Part shown: piece by piece, positions 58,890 to 64,000 of the stretch
Position numbering within the stretch: position 1 is the stretch's first letter
Layout: each line of letters starts with the position of its first letter
Assembly (NCBI GenBank): GCA_963745235.1
Contig: CAVUXE010000053.1
Span: 160,001-224,000, forward strand
Direction of reading: 5' to 3'
Length of the DNA: 64,000 nt
Source: an uncultured Spirochaetota bacterium
GTDB taxonomy: Bacteria > Spirochaetota > Spirochaetia > SZUA-6 > Fen-1364
The notes under the pieces: generated by a model
The model's database searches: none
What the model saw: only the letters and a program-made list of their open reading frames with translations
What the model was told of the DNA's origin: nothing
Program-made: the position numbers and the translations under genes

Positions 58890-59487
58890 CCCCCGGCCGC
58901 GCGGGGCCTACGTCGAGCCCCCCGCCCGAATCCCCCTCGTTCTGCGCCTCCCGCTTTTCTTCGTGGAAAGGCGTCTCGGCAGAAGGCTTCTTGCAAACAG
59001 GATCCTGGCCTGGTACCCGAGGCTTTTCATCGGCTCGGGAGTCATGGAGGGCCTGGCGGCCCATGACGAACCCGGTGTGCCACGCCGGCTGCTGAACTTG
59101 ATCCGCCTGCGCACATCCTTCCTGGTCTCCTGCCCCTTCTGCATCGACATGAACGCGCGGGAGCTTCTTTCCAGCGGCATCGGGACCCAGGAGATACGGG
59201 GCCTGCAGGGAGCAGCTCCCCTGGAGGATGTCCCGTCATTCACGGAGAAGGAGAAAATCGCGCTGCGCTATGTCGAGTGCATGTGCGGGACGCCCCTGTC
59301 GTTCCCCGCCTCGGTAACCGACAGCCTTCGTTCCGCCTTTTCCTCGAGGGCCATCGTCATCATCGCCGGCACGTGCGCCCAGGTGAACTTCTGGGCCAGG
59401 CTCATCCAGTCACTCGGAGTGCCGCCGGCAGGATTCTCCGCGGAAAGGCCCATCCTGAATCTGGAGGCTTTCAGCACCCGCGCGTAG
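58886..59487 (+). CDS. AhpD / carboxymuconolactone decarboxylase family protein (probable frameshift just after the start)
   Basis: LIRLRTSFLVSCPFCIDMN, FTEKEKIAL, QVNFWAR; the ATG at 58886 is one frame off at a C run. Confidence 0.75.
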
Positions 59488-59542
59488 GCCCACGGGGGCA
59501 ATCTGGACTTTTCCTGTACCACTCGATAACTTTTTTCTCAGC

Positions 59543-62098
59543 ATGTCAAAAGGTGAGCGTCCTCGGGTCATTGCGGACCGCGCTGGTGCATCCAGGGTCC
59601 TCGAAGCGAAAAGCCTCGCTCATTCCAGTCCGGACCCCGTTTTTGTCTTCCAGTGGGACCCAGCGAAGGGATTGAGCCGCGTTTCGGAGAACGAGGCGGC
59701 ATCGAGGCTCGTGGACGCCGAGGTGACCGGAGGGAACGGCGGGATGTCCACGTTCTCCCCGGCCTCGGACCCGCAGATCAGCGCCCTTCTGTACGCCTGC
59801 GCCGCGAAGCGGGCAACGGCCGGGCGGCACGTTGTCTGGCGTTCCCTGTCAAGCGGCAACGAAACGCTCATGGCGCTGACCGCTGAGTTCCTCGAACCCG
59901 ACCTCATCGTTCTCAGCGCCCAGGATCAGGGAGGCGTTGGGGAGCCTCGGCGGAAGCTTTCTGCCATGCACGCGCTCACGGAGATCTCGGCAGGGTGCAG
60001 GACTCGCCCCACGTTCCTGGCGCAAACCCTGCTGTTGATCAGGGGCTACCTGGGAATAGAGGATGTCGCCTTTTCCGACGCGCTGGACGGCGCCGACCCC
60101 GCAGAGGCGGTGGCTTCCAACGAAATCCTTGTGCGAACTGAAGATGGCGTCCTGGGCGTCATTCGCATCACGATGCCCGGCCCCGCTCTCCTGGACGCGC
60201 CGACCCGGGAGTTCCTGAACACACTCGGCTGGATGGCAGGTGAAGCCCTGCGGCGCATGGACAGCGAGACACTGCTGGCCGACTCCGAGGCCTATCTCGC
60301 GGCGAGCACGGAAAGCGCCGTTGTGATTTTTGACGCTCGCGGCCGGATCACGCAGTGGAACGCGGCAGCGCAGAAGATGTATGGCCACCAGGCTGCGGAG
60401 GTGCTCGGCAAGAGCTGCTCGCTTCTCTACTCGGACGAGGATGTGGTTCGCGGCAAGCCCGAGGATGACCTTCGCAGGGCCCGGGAAATGGGCTCTATTC
60501 CGGAGGAAGAGGCTTTGCGAAAACGCAGGGATGGTCAGCTCTTCGCGGTGAGCGCAAAGACCTCCGCGCTTGTGGACGGGCAGGGGAGGCTGCGCGGATA
60601 CGCCCGGACGGTTCGCGATGTCACCGCGCGCAAGCAAAGCGAGAGCGAGCTTCACATGAACCTGGCGGCCCTTGACAAGCGCGTCCGCGAGCTGCGGTGC
60701 CTGTACGAAGTTGCCGCACTGATCAGCGACCAGGCGCTCCCCCTTGGCACCGTCATGCGGGCGGTCGCGGACCTCGTGGCCATGGCGTACCAGTACCCGG
60801 AGATCACGTGCGTCAGGCTCCGCGTCGGAGATGATACCTATGAAACGGAAGGCTTTACGGAGACATCCTGGGAGCAGACCAGCACCGTCGGCACCCTTTC
60901 CTCCAACCTTGGAACCCTCCAGGTCTGCTACCGGGAGGAGAGGCCCGAGGTGGATGAGGGCCCCTTCAGCGAGGAGGAGCGGGACCTCATCGAAAGCATC
61001 GGCCAGCTCCTGGGAGACTTCCTGGAGCGGCGCATGACCGCGGACGCCCTCCGGAGGACCAACGCCCTCCTGGAGACTCTCTTTGCCAGCACGAACTACA
61101 AGATAGCGTTTCTGGATAATGACTTCCGCTATATCAGGGTCAACGACGCATATGCCCGGTCGTGGGGTCACCAAAACAGCGACTACGTCGGAAGGAGCCA
61201 CCTGGAGTTCTTTCCCGACGACGAAGAGATTTTTCGGCAGGTCCTGCGGACCGGCACTCCCTACACCGCGGCTGACAAGCTGCGGGAGGTCCCGGGTGAA
61301 GACGGCCTTCCCTCGCCGAACTACTGGGACTGGGAGCTGTTCCCCATGTCGGGAGAAGGGATGGCGGGGCTCGTGCTCATCCTCGTCGATAGAACGAGGC
61401 GCCACAGGGCCCGCAAGGAGCTGGAGGATTCCCGCGAGGAGCTTCGAAAGCTCGCCTCCCACCTGCAGGAGCTGCGGGAGGAGGAAAGGAAGTTCATCTC
61501 ACGGGAAATCCATGATGAGCTGGGGGGACTGTTGACCGCGCTGAAGATGGAGATATCCCTCCTGGGAAGGGCAGACTCGCCACTGAAGGGCGCGTGCCTG
61601 GACTCGTACGACTCCGCGCTCGGCCTCGTGGACCAGTCGATCTCCATGGTCCAGAGAATCACCTCCAACCTCCGGCCCCGGATCCTGGACGATTTCGGCC
61701 TCGTGCCGGCCATGGAATGGCACATGAAGGATTACGAGAAGCGTTCCGGGATTTCGTGCGCCTTGAAGGCGGGCGCCAGAAACCTCATGATGGAGAAGAA
61801 CCGGGCCGCGGCGGTCTTCAGGATCTTCCAGGAGGCCCTGACCAACGTCGCCAGGCACGCGAAGGCAACCACGGTGACCGTTTCCCTGCGGCAGACGGGC
61901 CAGAGGCTGCGGATGAAGGTCGCCGACAATGGCATCGGGATCACGGAATCCCAGGTGGTCGCCCCGTCTTCCTACGGGATCATGGGTATCCGCGAGCGGG
62001 TGCAATCCCTGGGAGGCCATGTGAGCATTCACGGTGTCAGGGGGAAGGGCACGAGCCTCGAGCTGGAAATTCCGCTGCTGGGGGAGGAGGAAGGATGA
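59543..62098 (+). CDS. PAS/GAF sensor histidine kinase (HisKA_3, NarX/UhpB type)
   Basis: REEERKFISREIHDELG, FRIFQEALTNVARHA, DNGIGI, GIMGIRER. Confidence 0.9.
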   Translation: MSKGERPRVIADRAGASRVLEAKSLAHSSPDPVFVFQWDPAKGLSRVSENEAASRLVDAEVTGGNGGMSTFSPASDPQISALLYACAAKRATAGRHVVWRSLSSGNETLMALTAEFLEPDLIVLSAQDQGGVGEPRRKLSAMHALTEISAGCRTRPTFLAQTLLLIRGYLGIEDVAFSDALDGADPAEAVASNEILVRTEDGVLGVIRITMPGPALLDAPTREFLNTLGWMAGEALRRMDSETLLADSEAYLAASTESAVVIFDARGRITQWNAAAQKMYGHQAAEVLGKSCSLLYSDEDVVRGKPEDDLRRAREMGSIPEEEALRKRRDGQLFAVSAKTSALVDGQGRLRGYARTVRDVTARKQSESELHMNLAALDKRVRELRCLYEVAALISDQALPLGTVMRAVADLVAMAYQYPEITCVRLRVGDDTYETEGFTETSWEQTSTVGTLSSNLGTLQVCYREERPEVDEGPFSEEERDLIESIGQLLGDFLERRMTADALRRTNALLETLFASTNYKIAFLDNDFRYIRVNDAYARSWGHQNSDYVGRSHLEFFPDDEEIFRQVLRTGTPYTAADKLREVPGEDGLPSPNYWDWELFPMSGEGMAGLVLILVDRTRRHRARKELEDSREELRKLASHLQELREEERKFISREIHDELGGLLTALKMEISLLGRADSPLKGACLDSYDSALGLVDQSISMVQRITSNLRPRILDDFGLVPAMEWHMKDYEKRSGISCALKAGARNLMMEKNRAAAVFRIFQEALTNVARHAKATTVTVSLRQTGQRLRMKVADNGIGITESQVVAPSSYGIMGIRERVQSLGGHVSIHGVRGKGTSLELEIPLLGEEEG

Positions 62099-62724
62099 TC
62101 AAGGCGATAGTCTGCGACGACCACCCCATTTTCCGTGAGGGCTTGAAAAAGATCATTGGACAATCCCGCGATATCTCCGTCACGGAGGAGGTGAGCGACG
62201 GCGTTGCGTTGATGGAGAAGCTTCACGGTCGGCGGTACGACGTGATCATTCTCGACATATCGCTGCCCGGCACCAACGGCCTGGACATCCTGAAGGACCT
62301 GCGAACTTCGGGAAAGACGACGCCCGTTCTGATCCTCAGCATGCATCCGGAGGAGCAGTACGCGGTTCGGGCCCTGCGGGCAGGGGCTTCGGGGTACGTG
62401 GCCAAGGCGAGCGTGCCGGAGGAGCTGCTGGCTGCCATAAGAAAAGTAGCGGCGGGGCGCAAGTATGTCAGCCCCAGCCTGGCAGAACAGCTTGCATCCG
62501 AGCTGGACGGGTCTTCGGAAAAGCCGCCGCACGAGAGGCTTTCCGACCGCGAGTTCCAGATCATGCGCTTGATCGCCTCGGGACGGAAAGTGAAGGAGAT
62601 CGCCGGGGACCTCTGCCTGAGCCCGGCGACCATCGGCACCTATCGAGCCCGCATCCTGTCCAAGCTCAACCTGCAAAGCAATGCAGAGCTCATCCACTAC
62701 GCGATTGAGAACAAGTTGCTGTAG
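62095..62724 (+). CDS. NarL/LuxR family response regulator
   Basis: CDDHPIFREG, ILDISLPG, LSMHPE, LSDREFQI..TYRARILSKL. Confidence 0.93.
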   Translation: MIKAIVCDDHPIFREGLKKIIGQSRDISVTEEVSDGVALMEKLHGRRYDVIILDISLPGTNGLDILKDLRTSGKTTPVLILSMHPEEQYAVRALRAGASGYVAKASVPEELLAAIRKVAAGRKYVSPSLAEQLASELDGSSEKPPHERLSDREFQIMRLIASGRKVKEIAGDLCLSPATIGTYRARILSKLNLQSNAELIHYAIENKLL

Positions 62725-62835
62725 AAGATGACACTCGTGTCGAATTCCTTCGACCCCGTGTCATTCGAATGATTCGAGGGAAAAATCATTCTCCGTATGA
62801 TATCTTCCTTGTGTACGAGCCCCTACCCTTGGTGC

Positions 62836-63093
62836 ATGGGACCCGTGGAGGAAAAAATCTTTGAATGCGCCAAGAAGATCTGGGTGCTTCTGGAGAAGAC
62901 GAAGGAAGTGAACATCCTGCGCCTCTCGGAGCTTCTGGGAGAACGGAACGTGATTGCCTACCAGGCCCTGGGATGGCTGGCGCGGGACAAGAAGATACAC
63001 TACGAGCAGAAGGGGAGCCAGGTTTTCATATCGCGAGATGAAGGGGAGGCCGGTGCGCCTCCTGATCGAAGATTGTCGAGGAGGCGTGCATGA
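62836..63093 (+). CDS. Small winged-helix protein (DUF2582-like)
   Basis: AKKIWVLL..YQALGWLARDKKI. Confidence 0.7.
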   Translation: MGPVEEKIFECAKKIWVLLEKTKEVNILRLSELLGERNVIAYQALGWLARDKKIHYEQKGSQVFISRDEGEAGAPPDRRLSRRRA

Positions 63094-64000
63094 AAAAAGG
63101 CATTGCAAGTGTCGTGGGGGCGGCAGGGGCTGCGATAGTGCTTTCGGTGGTGCTTCTGAGCTGCCAGACAGCCAAGCCCAACACCGCCGGGAACTCCATC
63201 CAGACCGAGCAGGCGGGGCTGGCGCCCAACGGGGACAAGACCCATCAGACCATAGATTTCTCCCTGGTGTTCGCCAACCGGGATGCAATCAAGACGTGGA
63301 AGGTGGAGATGGCCACGGGGTCTGGTCCGCAGAAGCAGTGGAGCGGGGACGCGAAGAACCTGCCCGCTACCTTGAGCTGGGACGGGAAGAGCGAGGCTGG
63401 GTCCCTGGCGCCGGAAGGCGGCTACACGGCGCAATTGACGGTGGACTATGGCAGCGGGACCCCGGCGGCCACGGCCATGAGCAGTCCTTTCGTGCTGGAT
63501 ATCACGCCTCCCACGGGCAGCGTGAGCTTCAACCCGCAGCAGTTCAGCCCTGATGCGAGCGGCGCGGTGCAGCCCGTGACGGTGACGATCAAGGGCACCT
63601 CGAAGGCGGCGACCATGGACAGCTGGTCCATGGACATCACCGACCCCGACGGGAAGGTGTTCCGCAGCTTTGACGGGAAGTGGCCCACCACGGACGTCAC
63701 GTGGGACGGCAAGTCATCCAGCGGCGACGTTGTGGCCTCCGGGGCCTCGTACTCCGCGATGGCGACGCTGCGGGACGAGTTCGGACTGACGGCGCAGGCC
63801 AGCGGGGCAATCGGGGTGGGAGGGCCCGCGGCCCAGGCGCCCGGGCAGGCGCCCGGGACGTTCTCCGTGACCCCCATGACCGCTGGGTTCTCCCCCAAGG
63901 GGACGGTGACGGTGGAGAAGCTGGAGGTGGCCTACGGGAAGAGCGAATCGGTGCAGAGCTGGAAGCTTGAGATCCTGGACGGCAGCGGCACCGCGGTGAA
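63090..64000 (+). CDS. Lipoprotein with FlgD-like Ig repeats (spirochaete OmpA-type architecture); runs off the window
   Basis: Translated by hand: MKKGIAS..VLLSC lipobox, LAPNGD, LSWDGK..APEGGYTA, LDITPP, FSPD, VTWDGK. Confidence 0.75.
   Translation, partial: MKKGIASVVGAAGAAIVLSVVLLSCQTAKPNTAGNSIQTEQAGLAPNGDKTHQTIDFSLVFANRDAIKTWKVEMATGSGPQKQWSGDAKNLPATLSWDGKSEAGSLAPEGGYTAQLTVDYGSGTPAATAMSSPFVLDITPPTGSVSFNPQQFSPDASGAVQPVTVTIKGTSKAATMDSWSMDITDPDGKVFRSFDGKWPTTDVTWDGKSSSGDVVASGASYSAMATLRDEFGLTAQASGAIGVGGPAAQAPGQAPGTFSVTPMTAGFSPKGTVTVEKLEVAYGKSESVQSWKLEILDGSGTAV

Noticed and set aside
288-58895. Programmed frameshifting or phase variation
   Set aside because: The sites are scattered over unrelated metabolic genes, without slippery heptamers or long repeat tracts
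1-64000. CRISPR array, tRNA, rRNA, IS elements
   Set aside because: No regularly spaced repeats, tRNA T-arm motifs, rRNA-like segments or transposase ORFs were seen by eye; a covariance-model scan could still find small RNAs I missed

Overview
This is a GC-rich bacterial chromosomal window, probably from a free-living Spirochaetia lineage. That inference rests on a STAS anti-sigma antagonist with a C-terminal Zn ribbon and a FlgD-Ig-repeat lipoprotein. About 12 single-base frameshifts interrupt otherwise intact genes and look like long-read consensus errors. Left to right: (1) 1-14.2 kb, a divergent amino-sugar catabolic locus (NagA, NagB-like, sugar ABC transporter | flavin/Fe-S oxidoreductase, Gfo/Idh/MocA, UroD/MtaA-like, DeoR, PfkB, AgaS). 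(2) 14.2-27.2 kb, a mosaic accessory region around a tyrosine recombinase whose promoter core is duplicated 1714 bp upstream, with orphan small ORFs and gene relics. (3) 27.3-34.5 kb, a sigma54-type ABC/BMP, triuret-hydrolase-like and allophanate hydrolase operon. (4) 37-45 kb, a PotABCD-like transporter coupled to a GH63-like hydrolase and an orphan PAS kinase. (5) 45-56 kb, mixed enzymes and regulators, including an HtrA-like protein with Thr in place of the catalytic Ser next to a mini-LuxR, and a candidate Pho-box-driven small RNA. (6) 56-64 kb, a Crp/Fnr-controlled CoA-disulfide reductase/rhodanese/AhpD operon, a NarX/NarL-type two-component pair and a truncated lipoprotein. I saw no rRNA, tRNA, CRISPR array or IS transposase. 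All family calls come from motif recognition by eye, not database searches.
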